A stretch of DNA of 64,000 bases from Octopus sinensis. Its lineage: Eukaryota. The translations under genes were made by a program, and so were the position numbers. The stretch covers positions 135,098,001 to 135,162,000 of the forward strand of contig NC_043001.1 of NCBI RefSeq assembly GCF_006345805.1, in the 5' to 3' direction. The notes under the pieces are model-generated. The model was not told where the DNA came from. It was given only the letters and a program-made list of their open reading frames with translations, and made no database searches. Shown here piece by piece: positions 63,711 through 64,000 of this stretch. The first letter of the stretch is position 1; each line of letters opens with the position of its first letter.

Positions 63711-64000
63711 AAGCAAAAAGCGGAGATCAAGTAAGTAAATAGCGTGTGTGTTCATTGGCAAAAGATGACCATCTCCAAATATAGCAATCTTATAATTGCC
63801 CTGGTGTCAACTATAAAGTATTTTCCCTTGCACATCGCAAACTGGTTGGGTGGATGAGGAAGAAGGACTGGAAAATTGTTCAGCATGGTGCCAAAGAGTG
63901 GGACACAACAGAATCATACAAAAAAGAGAAAGAGAGAGATCGCTGTGTCAGGTGTATATGCGTAGAGGTGGTTTATGCAACTTGTTTATTCAGAGGAGCA

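Overview
AT-rich, repeat-dense eukaryotic DNA, very probably from an octopus (Octopus sp.). This is inferred from recognisable tRNA-derived SINE families and heavy (TA)n/(CA)n microsatellite load; no search was run. I find no intact protein-coding gene, and almost all ORFs in the supplied track are artefacts of microsatellites or SINEs. Content: three abundant SINE families (called A, B and C here), an (ATG)n-tailed RTE-type repeat, fossil LINE fragments (RTE, R4/Dong-type with REL endonuclease, CR1/L2-type, Penelope-like RT), a decayed Gypsy gag-protease, fossil DNA transposons (maT/Tc1-mariner, mariner, Tigger/pogo, hAT), several MITEs with clear TIRs and TSDs, and a non-autonomous Helitron. 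The most striking signal is a set of ORF-less, Penelope-LTR/retrozyme-like units from at least five unrelated sequence families. Each carries a minimal type I hammerhead ribozyme motif with a short self-complementary stem III, and they show several core variants (U3-G8, compensatory U3-A8, U10.1-U11.1 with long stem II, A6U plus extra A). They sit in or next to (TA)n tracts, and three form divergent head-to-head inverted pairs (320-768, 31121-31930, 59575-59789). A change in CpG decay of repeats near 32-33 kb, plus a candidate ATG-bearing exon at 32961-33142, suggests that the right half lies in a long intron of a methylated plus-strand host gene (inference). Coordinates were read by eye and may be off by a few bases, more for diverged elements.
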